From Azolla caroliniana (lineage: Eukaryota; Plantae; Polypodiophyta), in contig JBHGNT010000015.1 in NCBI GenBank assembly GCA_043228905.1, positions 17,174,001 through 17,238,000 of the forward strand: a stretch of DNA of 64,000 bases, written 5' to 3'. The stretch's first letter is position 1, and each line of letters starts with the position of its first letter. A model generated the notes under the pieces. The model made no database searches, was not told where the DNA came from, and worked only from the letters and a program-made list of their open reading frames with translations. The position numbers and the translations under genes were made by a program. Below, piece after piece: positions 1 through 12,460 of the stretch.

Positions 1-1161
1 CACCCCTTTTTCAGCAACCCGTATAACGGCTCCGCGACGTGGGCGTAATACGGGATCCATATGTGGTAGAACGCGCATGCTCCCAAGAACTTCCGAACCT
101 CCGTGACCGAGCTACAGTCGTGCTTCATCGCGGAGATGGCTTCTACCTTAGCCGGAGACGGTTTCCGGCCGTACGACCCGCATAGGTGTCCGACGACCAT
201 GATCTCTGATTGCCCGAAGGCCGATTTTTCCCCGGAGAAGGTGAGCCTCGCGCCCTCTAACCTCTGCAACACCTTCTCGCAGTCATCGATGTGCGTCGCC
301 ACGAATTTCCGGCACCCATCCGGTCCGATCGTCTCATCCTTTTCCTCCACAGGGCATCCCTTGATTGGGACGTCGTCCAAAAACGGCATGGTGATGTCCA
401 GGATACAATCCCTCAGCACCTTGTTCATTGCGTTCACCATGTGAGCCACCGAGTTCGTCCCTCCTTGCGGTAGGGTAGACATCCGTACTAGGCCGAGAGG
501 AGTTCGCATTGTCGTGATGTCTCTGCTCTCTATGGCTAGCTGAAACTGATCGTATCCCGAATAGAGATCACCGACCGAGTAAATCGACCTTCTGGCGAAG
601 GCCTCCGCGAACTCGTCTATTGTCAGTCCGATTCCTGCATTTCGAATGGTCACCTTGTTGACTGGTTGCAGGTCTTGAATAAAGCGCAGCGTGCCGTTCT
701 TCTTTGGCACGGTAAACCACCGATTCGAGTATGGGGCACTCGACGGTTCGAGGATGCCCATCTCGACCTTCCGCTTTAATAGCTCCATCAGCTTCGGGAT
801 GTGAGCTCTGGGTACTGGAATCGGTTTGAGACTCCACGGCACATGCGGTACAGTGAATATCACCATCGGTTCCACAACTATCGGGTCTACGCACCCAATC
901 TCCTCCGGTGAGAATGCGAAAGCCTTCCCGTGCCTTCCGAGCATTCCCCGAAACCGGTCCTCTTCCGCCAGCAGTAGGAAGCCGCCCCCACCGATTTTGA
1001 GCTCTCGTAGCGTTATGTTGGTGAACGTGTGTCCTATGCGGGCCGGATTTCGTAAACTCGGGTCCGACGCAACCCCCTTTATTCGCAACTCGCTGCCCTC
1101 CGGCAAGGGAGCCGCGACTGGCCTCACCTTCCGGTCCACAATCTTGTACCTCGTGTCCACC

Positions 1162-1558
1162 CAGGCCGTCCGATCCGACTCGAGCCCTCTACTGAAGTTC
1201 GCGATGACTTTGTACATCCTTTTTGAACATACCGGAATCGTCCGGTCCTCTTTAAGGACTCCTCCGACTACCTTTCGCAGCTCCCCCAAGGTATCGTCGA
1301 AAGAGACTGCCTCCACGGCTCCGTTGATTTCCTCTCTAGGGCCGAGGATACCACATGCCTCAGGCCATCCGATCCGACTCAAGCCCTCTACTGAAGTTCG
1401 CGATGACTTCGTACATCCTTTCTGAACATACCGGAATCGTCTGGTCCTCTTTAAGGACTCCTCCGACTACCTTTCGCAGCTCCCCCAAGGTATCGTCGAA
1501 AGAGACTGCCTCCACGGCTCCGTTGATTTCCTCTCTAGGGCCGAGGATACCACATGCC
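1162..1558. repeat. 199-bp head-to-tail tandem duplication inside pol
   Basis: CAGGCCRTCCGATCCGACTC... starts at 1162 and again at 1361. The two copies differ by only a few substitutions. Confidence 0.95.
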
Positions 1559-1680
1559 CGAAGTCGCTCCTCCACCCTTTTCTTCTTCAGGCCAACGATG
1601 TCGCCTATCGTACACCCTCCGTTGTCAAAGAACCAAAATTTCCTACTTATAGTACAGGTCTTCTTCGCTATCGTACAGTT

Positions 1681-1746
1681 GTGGGGTTTTCCCGGAGTGT
1701 CCGGACTATCGCAGCCCCACGCCTTGATAGCCCTCTCTAAAAATCC
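1681..1746 (-). promoter_or_regulatory. Putative -1 ribosomal frameshift signal (G_GAU_UUU plus H-type pseudoknot) between protease and RT
   Basis: The heptamer is in register immediately before the gag-PR stop. It is followed by a 6-nt spacer, stem 1 GGGCTATC/GATAGTCC, and a loop GTGGGG complementary to downstream CCCCAC. The -1 frame is open into pol. Confidence 0.75.
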
Positions 1747-3829
1747 TCTCGGCTTTCGCCCCCGAGGATCTCGCGGTTCCGCTCATGGTTCGGTCTCACC
1801 GTTAGGAACTGGACCGAGTGACGCCCATCCTGGCTCTTGACCCTTGCATAGGCCGAGCCGTTGTCCAGCACCTTGGTCTCGATCCGTGCTGTCGTGATGT
1901 ACGGTTCTCCTAGTATAACCGGATGTGAGGACGTCTCCTGCACGAAGAAGTGCTGGTCAATCTCGACATCGCCGATCTTTACTCGTACATTCGGGCAGGC
2001 TCCATGCAGTTCTTCGGTGGCACGCGTCGTTGCCCGTATTTTCCACCCGTGCTTGGTGTTGATCGACCATTTCCCCTTCTTGTAGAAGTCCATGGACATC
2101 AAATTGATTTCTGAACCGTGGTCCACCAACGCCACCACCGGTTCATGAACATCTCCGATCTTCACGGGGGTCTCCGTGGTCGCTCTGGCCCAGTGCGGCC
2201 TCGAATAGTGGCTCTCCACCAACTCATCTTCCAGCCGTCCGTACCTCCACCGGCTTCTCCGGTTCTGTCTCCGTCGACAGCCTCTTCCTCTTCACCAAGT
2301 CTACGATGGAGTCGTGGAACTCCTTCTTGGCGATCCCGAGCACTTCCCTCAGCGACAGTTCCACCTTGCTGTCGAGGATTCGTTCTTCCAGGACCTTTCG
2401 CAGGTCCGTGGATCTTTCGATTTCTATACCCAGCCGGTACCCGCCCTTCTTGGGATTATCCTGGGCGCCGGTTACACCAGCCTCATTCCGCCTTTGCCCG
2501 AATCGAGTTTCATATCGTTGCGAGGGCCCGGCCCCTCCGGTTTTTCCTACCCGCTTGTCCTCCACCAGAGCCTCGTAGTTTCGACAAGCGGCTTCGACGA
2601 AGCCCGTCTTTTCTTCCACCGGGTCACTCCACCCGGTTACCTCCTGGACCCGTTTTTCCGTGCGGTCCGCCTCTTCTTTCCTTAGTCGTGCACCGGTGAG
2701 GCCTTCTAGCATCGTCGGCCAGAACCCGGCTTTGTTCGTCTTCAGGGCCTCGCCACCTCCGACCCGAATACCAGCTGACGCCGAGTAGTGGACGGTCTCC
2801 GCGTGACGAGCCGCTGCCTCCTCCATCAGCCTTTTCATACCTCCTCGCCCGACGTTCAGGTCCAGGGCCCTTCGGACCTCGCTGGTGTGCACCCGACCGT
2901 TCCACAGGTACACCACGTTGCTTCTCATCGCCTCAGCGAAGTCCCCGCAGTCCTTCCGGATGTGGCCAACCGCGTCACACCACATGCACCTGTTTCCAGC
3001 CAAAGGACGTCGGTCACGGGCCTATTCGCCACCATCCCTCCGTGCCTGGGCGATCTGGAGATCCTTTACCATCCGTGTCAGTTCCTCCAGAGCTTCTCCC
3101 CCAGATGAGCCCTTGACCATGCCGGTCGAAGCCGATTCTGTCTCGAGCCAATCTCGGGTCTCTTCCCTTCGCATTGGTGGTGTTGGCTCGAGCTTCCTTG
3201 CTGCAACAGAGCCCGCCCCTGTCGATCCTTTGTCAACCCATTCCCGTCGTTTGTTGAAACGGCCACAGACCCTCTTCACCACGGCCCAGTCGGCCGTCAG
3301 CCCGTCATCAGTCTCCAATAGGAGGCCTACTTGCTCCCGATCCCGCTCGTCAACTGACTTAACAAACAATAGGACACGACTTGTGTCCAGAATGGTCCGG
3401 TCAAGCACCGAGAGGCGCGCGAAGCGTTCCTCAAACTCCAGGAGGAGCACCGACGCGTTCCTTCCTTTGTCAGGGATCTCCACCCACTCCATGAAGTCCC
3501 GCTTCGAAAGTCGAAGCGCATCTTCAAGCCCGTATTTTTCGAGGAGCCGTCCTTCGAACTCCTCCCAGGTCTGGCTCTCGGCCCGTACCTCGAGCACCTC
3601 CGTATGGATGCCCGGCATCGCCACTCGAGGGAATCCGGTTAGACGCCTCTCTTCCGGAATGTCCCTCATTACCATACGCCAAGTAGCTCGTGGCATCCTT
3701 CCCACTAAACCGGCCGATCGTACCGACAACCGCCTCGATAGCCCTATCAAGGGCGCCGGTGCCTTCGCGCGCACTCACTATACGGTCCACAGCCGAAGCC
3801 ATGGCTTCTGCGAGGTCCGACCCCCTCAT
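1737..3829 (-). pseudogene. gag-protease of the gypsy element (split over ORFs 3524..3829, 3022..3774, 2224..3003, 1737..2222)
   Basis: Gag-like N-terminus (GRFSGKDATSYL), CCHC zinc knuckle and aspartic protease motif. One in-frame TAG at 3022 and two frameshifts. Confidence 0.88.
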
Positions 3830-3850
3830 CTTCTACTCCTTTGCCGCTTG

Positions 3851-3868
3851 TTCACGTCGGGTTCACCA
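3851..3868 (-). promoter_or_regulatory. Primer-binding site complementary to the 3' 18 nt of cytosolic tRNA-Trp
   Basis: The plus strand reads TTCACGTCGGGTTCACCA, which is the 3' end of plant tRNA-Trp(CCA) as I recall it. It lies 5 nt from the LTR boundary. Confidence 0.85.
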
Positions 3869-3873
3869 AAAGA

Positions 3874-4556
3874 TGTCGCGTTGTTACGCGCGTGCGTGGA
3901 GAACAAGGCGGGACCACTGGGGTCTTGGACCGAGGAATAGGTGAGAAAAAGGGAGAGAGAGACACACGCTCACACACGTATAGACAAAGAAGCGCACGGG
4001 AACGCGGCCCAACAACACAGGAGACACGAGTTGAGCAGGAGATAGAGTATAAGAACGCTAGCGTGTGTATATAAATATATGTATGCAGACGACTCGAACG
4101 GTTACAGCCGATCAGGTTGGCGAGATGGATGTCGACGCCTGATCAGCCACGCACACGGGGGAGCAAGATGGAGATTCTGCCGGAAGCACACGGGCATTCC
4201 ACGGAGCAGAATCAGCCTCTCGAGAACCTGCGCAAAAGAAAGCTTTGGAGAATGATAGAGAAGAAGAGCTCGGTCCCAGTCCGACAACACTTCTTCCCCT
4301 CTAGCGCCCCCTTTCTCTCCCCTTCTCCCTCTCTTTTATAGCTCAAGGAGGGAGGCCGTTGACCAGTTTACATCACATTAATTCTTTGTCCTTTCGGATA
4401 GAGATACTCCTCAATTCTCCCTATAGAATATTGCTACCTAGGATTAGACTTTTGTGCCTACCTATCTACTATACAACAAGGGGCGTGCCCACGTGTAAGG
4501 GCCGGTTCACACATGCTATACACGGTTTGCGCCTGGGGACGGTTTTCTTCACGACA
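3874..4556 (-). repeat. 5' LTR of the gypsy element (683 bp)
   Basis: Termini TGTCGCG...CTTCACGACA. Both ends are homologous to the solo LTR at 35796-36549. A reverse-strand TATA (TTTTATAG) lies at about 4335. Confidence 0.88.
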
Positions 4557-5812
4557 ACGTGCGGATCCTTCTCCAAACAAATCGGGAGAGGTTCACAGCG
4601 CAATTGAAAACGGCGTTGGACAAAGGATGCTAGCAGACCAACACTATGAAGAACTCGCACAACTCTTAGATGATTTTGGTGAAAGTCAGGAGGAGCTATT
4701 TCACCAGATCACACAAGCCGGCAACACGCACACAAACAAGGAATCCAGCGCGACGCCAATTCCGGCCACAGCCAAAGAAGAGGAACCTCATGCCCGATCA
4801 CCAGAGATGACAATGATGGAGAATAGCGGGGACTGACGAGCGGAGTTCCCCACAGAACCAGACAGCGAAACCACTACCCAACAAGAGGTCCAACCGCACG
4901 AGCCCACACTATCATCAGACCACGTGGAGAACGGTGCGGACCAGGCGGAATCTCCGCCCCACTCCCAGGAACATACAAAAACGGCCAACACCACGGAGGA
5001 CGTAACAATGGAGGCAGAGCCGCAGCTGACTGCAAGCACGACAACGGCGGAGCCCAACCCACTAACTCAAGAAGAGCCCACCATACCCGGACCACCCACA
5101 CACGGCGACAGCGACTCCGGGAGAAACCAGCCCGACCAAACAGAGGAGCCACACCACGATGCACCTACGGGCCCTACATCACCTCCGGACGAGGACACCA
5201 CAGTAGAGCTGAACATCCGGGCCATTTTGGAAGAAGATTAACGGGATGGGTCCGACATGCAAGGGCACTGTCCCACAGGCGTGCCAAGTGTTGTCCGCCG
5301 GAATAGTAACCGACAGACAAAAGCGTAGGAATAAGAAATTATATAAGAGCATAACGCATGTAACGGTTCACGCAGGAAGCATGAACGGCTAATTAGACCC
5401 TGCATATATAAAGGGCAGAAAACCTCTGATGGAGGTGCGTATAATTTTGGGAATGTAAAGAAACGCCTGATAATAGAATTCTATCTTCTCTGATTTTCTA
5501 TGTATAGCTACGGCTAATTCAGTGTGGGTGTCTTGAATACTTAAACGTTGAAGTACGTAAGTGTAACCCTTGATAGGGATTCGGTTGTAGCCGTCTTTCC
5601 TTATACGCTGATAGATTACAAGGGTTCTACCCTTACGCATTACGCTTAAACACTTGTTCGTTGTTCCACACCCACTTTGAGGTCTAGGTCGAAGGACTAA
5701 CCACGGACCGTGTTCCTAAACGGCAACAACGGTGTCGTAAAGATTGTGGTTGCGTGTTGCAATCGCCAAGGTTCACTGACTCGAGGATGATCGTGTGGAT
5801 GGTGCGATGACA
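4557..5812 (+). mobile_element. Probable 3' end of an older LTR element (acidic/Pro-Thr-rich ORF, PPT-like AAGGGCAC, LTR ~5269-5812) into which the gypsy inserted
   Basis: ORFs 4513..4836 and 4924..5241 are in the same frame, separated by one TGA. They are followed by AAGGGCAC|TGTC...GACA with TATATAAAG at about 5405. No partner LTR is in the window. Confidence 0.4.
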
Positions 5813-8280
5813 AGAAGGCAAGATAGATGCGACTTTGTTGCGAAAACAAATTTATTTGTAAAACACCACTTACAATATTTATTTGCCAAAATGTACTTGG
5901 CAAGACTCAAACTCTCGAACTCTATTTGGGAAGAGGCATTCGAGATAAACCACTTCAACTTCTTTGTTTTCTCTTTTTATTTAAGTCTCTTTCTCTTTAT
6001 ATTTACTAAATTTATCTTACAAAATTCAATTACCAAAAATAGATATTTTGAAAGGATTCAAACTCACAACCTTTTGTTTGCAAAGGTGCAAGATAAACCA
6101 CTTCAACTTCTTCCTTTCTTTGTACTTTTTCTTTTCTTTAAGTTTTGTCTTTGTTTATGTTAGCCACCATCTTCTTTTGCGAGCTTTTCATACCACACCC
6201 ACACGAGGTTCTTCACTCGCTTTTTCTTCTTCCTTCCTTCTTCTTCCCCTCTTTTCCCTTTACCCTTCCCCCCTATTCAGCCACGATGGGAGTGCCTTTT
6301 ATAGGGGGGGGTCAACCGCCTAGCCACCTTGAGGAGTTTTTCTTTTTATCTATTTATTTTATTTATAAATTCTACAAATTCGACAACTAATCTGGAACTT
6401 TGTAAAATAATTTGTACAAGTTGTACATTTGAGAAATTGAGACATAGTAATTTGGAACTTGTGTCATAACCCACTTTTATATTGGTGATTGACTTCACGT
6501 CCTCCCTTCTATCATTGTCATTATCGTCACTTTCTTTAGTTGTTTTTTGTTGTCTAGAGGGTTCTAAGTTTGTAACAATTTGGTAGAATATCCTGACATC
6601 TTTTACATTAATTGAATATCCCAAAGTTTTTTCAAAATGACTTGATACACCTACGTTTTAATTCAATGAAAATTAACCCTAATAACTAGATAATCGTGAA
6701 TGTTAATCATCATCTCAAATGCTATTATTAATGTTAGTTATAAGCTCTCCTTCCCTGATTAAGAATAATCAAATAATTATGAGTTTCATTTATGGGCTCT
6801 TGTTTAGTATTCAAATTAACACTAATAACTAGAATATCTTAACTACATTCTCTAACTATTAATGTGACTTAATAAGAAAATGTAGGGTGTTCTAGCAATG
6901 TATAAGCAATGCGTGGGTCATTTGGTAGTTCTAGTAAATACTAGGGGTATTATCGTAATTTGTTACAAAGCTTGTGTATCTTGGTGTCCCGCCCCTTTTT
7001 ATATTGGGTAGTAAGGGTATACAACATGGTGAGCTAAGAGGAAGACGTTGAGGCGATTTGAGCAATATTTTGTTACGCCCAAGTTCAGATGATATGGTTT
7101 TAGGCTACAATATCACTTACAACTTGAACCCGCAAGCAATAATGTTGTTGGCATGAACATGAGCATCACACTATCATGTTTTATATACATTTAAATCAAA
7201 TATCCTCATGAAAATATAAGCAATAATTTGTGGGGACCTCATATAAAGGCACTTTGTGCTTTAGCATATAATGCCTTGTTTGTAGATTGTTGAATGAGTG
7301 ATGAAGATGTTTGTTTTGTTATGGTTATTAGTCAACATATATGGAATAATAATCTAACTGTATTTTGATTTGTAGTTTTTGGAAAGATTCCTCGATACAC
7401 GTAGCAAGTTATGGTACCATGAATTCAATCTTAACATTTTCTTGCAATATATCTATATTGTTTGCTTGAATCTTGTCTAAGTCACTAGGATACTTTACTC
7501 AATACTCCATAATTAAACAATGCATTCTTGTTCAAGCACAAAGTGAAAGCATAAAGAAATATTATGTTGGTATTGGCAATCCAAGGCATTTGATGGATAG
7601 GATCGAAGAAACAATGAGGCAGAACAATATATGAGGAATGGTTATGGTTTCTTGAACAAGAAGATATTAAAATGAAGAAATTTTCGAGGCTCGAGAGATG
7701 TAATGTATTGCCTAAGGTATACTTCTACTTTGTGAGTTTCCACTTCATTAACCTCATAGGCGTTCAACATGTATCAACAATCAAATCTTATCAGCATACG
7801 ATTCATAGAGTCTGCATTGTTTGAGATTTACTTGAAATCTTCAATCCAACATCTTTGAACTATTGGTGTATTGTGATTATGCATGTTGTAGGTAGTCGTT
7901 GTTTATTGTTGTTGCATGCTTCGTGACATATGATTATTGTAATTATTGTTCTGTGGGCATGCAAGTGTTGGGCATCTTCTTGATCTTTGTTGTCTTCTTT
8001 TCCTTATAGCCTCTAACTTGTATATTTTAGTATTGTTTCAATTAATATGACCACCTCTTGAAAGGGTCTTATGAATAATTTGGCAATAAGATAGTGTTGC
8101 CAATTGGAAAGTTCACTTGATGGAGTGAAATCTAGATTATGGGAACAATGCAATAACTTTTTAATAATGTTGTTTTAGTTTCAATCATTGCCATTATGTA
8201 TGGTTATCCACTCAACTTGGAGTAACTTAATCATACTAGCTGTCTTAATCTAGTTAGACAATGTAACACTTCTTATCAAT

Positions 8281-8430
8281 CAAGTTACAAGATTAATAAT
8301 CAAAGGGGGTCCATGAACACTAAACACTTTATTAATTGAAAAATGTAGCATTTATTAGTGAACAAGTTACAAGATTAATAATCAACAGGGGGTCAATGAG
8401 CACTTAATTAATTAAAAAAATGTAGCATTA
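8281..8430. repeat. Imperfect ~81-bp tandem duplication
   Basis: CAAGTTACAAGATTAATAATCAA..GGGGGTC..AAAATGTAGCATT occurs at 8281 and 8362. Confidence 0.8.
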
Positions 8431-8463
8431 ACTAAATAATGATTAAGGGTTGGATAATAATAT

Positions 8464-8910
8464 TGTAAAGAATCGAATATGATTCTTGCGTAGCGGAAGA
8501 GATGTGTGTTATGTGTGAGAGAAAAGAGATGAGAGCAGAGAAACACAAGATAGATAAGCTAGAGAAATGAAATACTCAAGAAGAAGAAGATATATATTCA
8601 CATGTAAAATATCAAATACAAAATGTAGCATTACAAGGAGTCACAATCAACTTAATATGGAGTAGGAGGGTGCTTTATATAGTCACCCTCTCTATTCATT
8701 AACTAACTACAACAACCACTCTCTTGGGGAATGTGGAGACCCATTAGTCATGGGGAATATGAAACTCATTAGTTATGTGTCATAGAATATGATTCTATGA
8801 CACATAGTTAATGTGTAGAGAGTAGTGGTGTGACTCTTTACTTTTGAGTAATCATAAATTCTCAAAAGGTGTGTTCACACGTTGCACTATGTTGAGATTG
8901 ATTCGCAACA
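8464..8910 (-). repeat. 3' LTR of copia A
   Basis: TGTAAAG...CGCAACA, next to a reverse-strand PPT (TTGAGCTTGAGGGGGTG). Homologous to 16792-17250. Confidence 0.92.
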
Positions 8911-11507
8911 CACCCCCTCAAGCTCAACTCGGATCGGTTCCTTTCGGTTGTTGTCCGCTTCGGATGGTATCCGGTTTGGACGATCTCCGGTGTCCGCTTC
9001 GACTCGTACCCGGTTCGGACGGTTTCTGGTTCTTGCTTGCCGAAGTCAACATCTAGTTTGAGGTTTCGATCGAGAGGGGTTGCCACAAATTTGCACTTTG
9101 TCATCCCGAACTTGAATAACAAGTTCAGAATGTAGTGTCGTTGAGAGATCATAATGTTGGCCAGAATCCGAATTACTTCGATGCCTAGGAAGTAATGAAG
9201 CTCCTTCATGTCCGTCATCTCGAATTTGTTAGAGAGGAGGGACTTCATCTTGTTGATGTCGACCAGATCATCCACGTATAGGATGATGAAAACTGGATTT
9301 CGACATTTAAAAATCCGATTTGATGAAGATATTGTGTAATCTTCGAATGTTAAGCATGTGGTGCTTGCTTGAGGCCGTAGAGTGGCTTCTTGAGTTGGCA
9401 CACGGCTTTAGGTTGAGTACGCGATTCGAAGCCGGGTGGTTGTACCATGTACACTTCCTCTTCTAATTCTCCTTAAAGAAAGGTGTTCTTGACGTCCATC
9501 TAGTGGAGGTGCCACCCTTTTGCCACTTAAAGTGCTATCATGGTTCGCACAATTGTCATCTTTGCCACCAGGGAAAATGTCTCTTCGTAGTCGACTCCAT
9601 GTGTTTGTGCGTATCCTTTCGCTACGAGTCAAGGTTTATAGCGGTTTATGGATCCATCGACGTTATACTTCACCTTGTAGATCCTTCTGCAGCCGATCGC
9701 CTTCTTGTGCGGTGAGTGGGGAACGAGATCCCATGTCTTGTTTTTGGAGACTGCTTGCATCTCCTCATTCATTGCTTCGACCCATCGCGGGTCCTTCACG
9801 ACTTCGGAAAAGGTTTCCGGCTCCCGTACTATCGTCACCTTCATCATAAAAGTGTAATGATACGCCATGTAGTCATCGTAGCCAAATAAGCTTATGGGGT
9901 TCTTTTCACGGGTAGACCGACGTAGCTTCTCGTTCGTAGATACTAAGGCTTTCATCGCTCCATTTGTCCACACGTCGAGCCCTTCGAACTCACTGTCGAG
10001 AGAGTGAGTTGATTTGATTTCGATCGGATCTTCGTATTCTGGCATTTTCACCTTGCCTTTGTCAATCGTTGGACTAGGTCGAGATGTGCTTGGGTCACTC
10101 GGGGGCTCTTGTGGCCCACTAAGCCTTGTCATAATCAGATTTTCTTCAAACATGTGTTCGATTCAATCTCCATCTATCTCTTGTTTGGTGGATTCCACGT
10201 CAACTGGAAATGGTTTGGGAGGATTCGGCTCGGGTTCATACCGTGATGCCGATTCGTCGAAGACTACATGTCGGCTTACACAACCCTTCCAAGTAGAGGG
10301 CTTATAGCACTTGTACCCCTTTTGCTCCACTGAGTATCCTACGAGGATACATTTCTCGGACTTTGGGTCGAGCTTTTGTCGCTTCTTGTCGGGGATGTGC
10401 ACGTATGCAATGGAGCTGAATATCCAAAGATATGATAGATCCGACTTCTTTCCGAAAAACTTCTCGTGCGGGGTAACCTCATGCACTCCGAATGTTGTGC
10501 ACCGATACATTAGGTAGACGGCTGTGTTCGTGGCTTCTGCCTAGTACGACTTCGGCATGTGCTTTTCATTCATCATGGCCTGTGCTACTTCGAGGATGTG
10601 CCGATTCTTTCATTTGGCAACTCCATTTTGTTGTGGCGTATGTCGACACAAAAACTATTGCCGAATGCCTTCTTTCCGTAGAAAAGCCGACAATTTGTCA
10701 AACGAGTAATCCTTGCCTCCATCCGACTGAAAACATCATAAATGTCAGCCCGTGGCTTTCTTGACTTCATTCTTAAATTTTTGGAAGTGTCCGAACACTT
10801 CGCTTCTTTGCCGCATAGGGTAGATTCAGGTGTGCCGGGAGAAGTCGTTGATAAGGCCACGTAGTATCGGCATCCGCCAAATGTAGCCTTCTGAGCCGAA
10901 CCCCATATATCGGAATGAATTACGTCGAGTACGCCTTTGATCACGTTCCGCTCCTTCAGAAATGGGTGTTGATGTTGTTTGCCGAATTGGCAAGCGGCAC
11001 ACACGCCTTCAATCTCTTTTTCCTTGAATGTAGGGAGCCCAATGACGACTCTTTTCGATTGCATTGCCTTGAGCTTTTGGAGGTTGATATGGCCAATCCG
11101 CTTGTGCCATAACTCTATGTTGGAATCGGCTTTCGTGCCCTTTGCGAACATGGACGATTTGATCTCGTGCGAGTCGAGAATGAACATTCGGCCACGAGTA
11201 ATGAGTCAGCCCTCTTTTTGGATGAAGCAACCGCCTTGATTAAATCGTACTTGCATCCCTTGCTCAACAATTTGGCCGACGAAGACCAAATTCTTTGTAA
11301 TGGTTGGTACATGCAAGACATTCTTAATAAAAGTTTGGTTACCTTCTTTTCTGAATGGAACATTGCCGATGTGCCGAATCGGATGAGTAGTGTCATCTCT
11401 GGTTTCAACATTGTCGGGTCGTTCCGGTGCTCGAAGTTCTCGAAACCATTCTTGATGAGACGTCATATGGTTCGAGGCACCGGAGTCGAAAAACCATACG
11501 TCTTCTG

Positions 11508-12123
11508 TGTTGAGAAACGAATCGTCAATACACAAGAACAAGAATATGTTGAAATACACAACTCTGAAACACAGAAAACAGTGTACACAAATTTAATGTG
11601 GAAAACCCTAAAACGTGAGAAAACCACGGAGAACGAATCTTCACTATATAGTGTATATACAAAACCAAGATCAGAGTACACCACTCTCTACACATAGTGT
11701 AAATAGCCTCGCAGGATCTTGGCGTATGCTGTTTCTAAAGCACAGTTATGGCGTCGCTCCCACACACACTCTTCTCTCTAACGCTACAGAGGTTCACCCA
11801 TATATATATCTTAATGTTTTGTTTGCCCTAGGTGTATTTATACTAATACATAGAATGGGCTATTTACAATCATGGCCATTATTATTATCCAATAATAATA
11901 ATAATAGTCTTACTAATCAGCCGACTCATTCGTCGACTGTCAGGTCGGTCTAACTAGTCGGCCTGCTCATCCACCATCCGGTCGACCTGACTAGCCAATC
12001 GTGTTTTTGACCTTGATCAACTCTCTCTGAGTCAACTCCTCAACCGTCGGTTGTTCCCTGTCTTTGACTATCGGCTCTCTTCGAGCAGTTGGCTACTCCC
12101 ACTGTAGGGACATATTCCTAACA
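11508..12123 (-). mobile_element. Solo LTR B (copia-type, 616 bp) inserted in the gag/protease junction of copia A
   Basis: TGTTGAG...CCTAACA with a 5-bp TSD TTCTG/TTCCG (perfect TTCCG in the copy at 25571). Removing it restores ...SSGTE-DVWF. It carries the reverse complement of the CCGTGGTTTT/AGGGTTTTCCAC motif seen in the copia D LTR. Confidence 0.88.
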
Positions 12124-12460
12124 TTCCGTACCGGAGGAACTAGTTGAAGTAGAAGCCGATATAGAATTTGCTCTATGTCTCATCACAAACATTCCGCCAC
12201 GATCGTCATAGTCGGAGTTGGTGGCGTAATTCGTGAGTTGTCGGCTAGTGGAAGCCGACTCACACATCTTCTTACGCCACTCTTCTTCGTGGTGACCTAT
12301 TTTTCTGCAATATCTGCATTCGACCAAGTTTTGTCGACTCCAACCAGAATGGAAGCTCCCCCTTCTTCCGAAGGTTCCTCGATGGCTTCCGTGTTGATGC
12401 CGAAATTGCGAGTTGTTTTCGTAAGTCGGGCCTCGTCCGCCTCATCCTTGGCCGAATCGG

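Larger units (their letters stand above)
1..1746 (-). pseudogene. pol (reverse transcriptase) of the gypsy element, disrupted by a 199-bp duplication and frameshifts
   Basis: Manual translation shows a TRYKIVDRKVRPV motif at about 1120-1160 and RT catalytic FLDD at 372-383. The frame is open from the slippery site at 1740-1746 into ORF 1360..1575. Confidence 0.88.
1..4556 (-). mobile_element. Ty3/gypsy LTR retrotransposon (non-chromovirus, possibly Phygy/Selgy-like), 5' part; continues off the left edge; decayed
   Basis: Minus-strand order is LTR (3874-4556), PBS, gag with CCHC knuckle (RCMWCDAVGHIRKDC), protease (ALVDHGSEINLM), then RT (YSGYDQF...TLPQGGTNS...PFLDDVPIKG). PR directly followed by RT is the gypsy order. 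The clade assignment is an inference. Confidence 0.92.

Noticed and set aside
103-3940. Long plus-strand ORFs (e.g. 2885..3940, 826..1425) as antisense genes
   Set aside because: They are shadows of the GC-rich minus-strand gag-pol and have no independent motifs.
5813-6700. Possible reverse-strand LTR (TTTTATAGGGGGGG; duplicated GATAAACCACTTCAACTTCT at ~5943 and ~6092)
   Set aside because: No termini, TSD, PBS or partner copy could be defined.
11547-12123. Alternative start of LTR B at TGTTGAAAT (11547)
   Set aside because: No TSD. The start at 11508 gives TSD TTCCG and restores the host frame.
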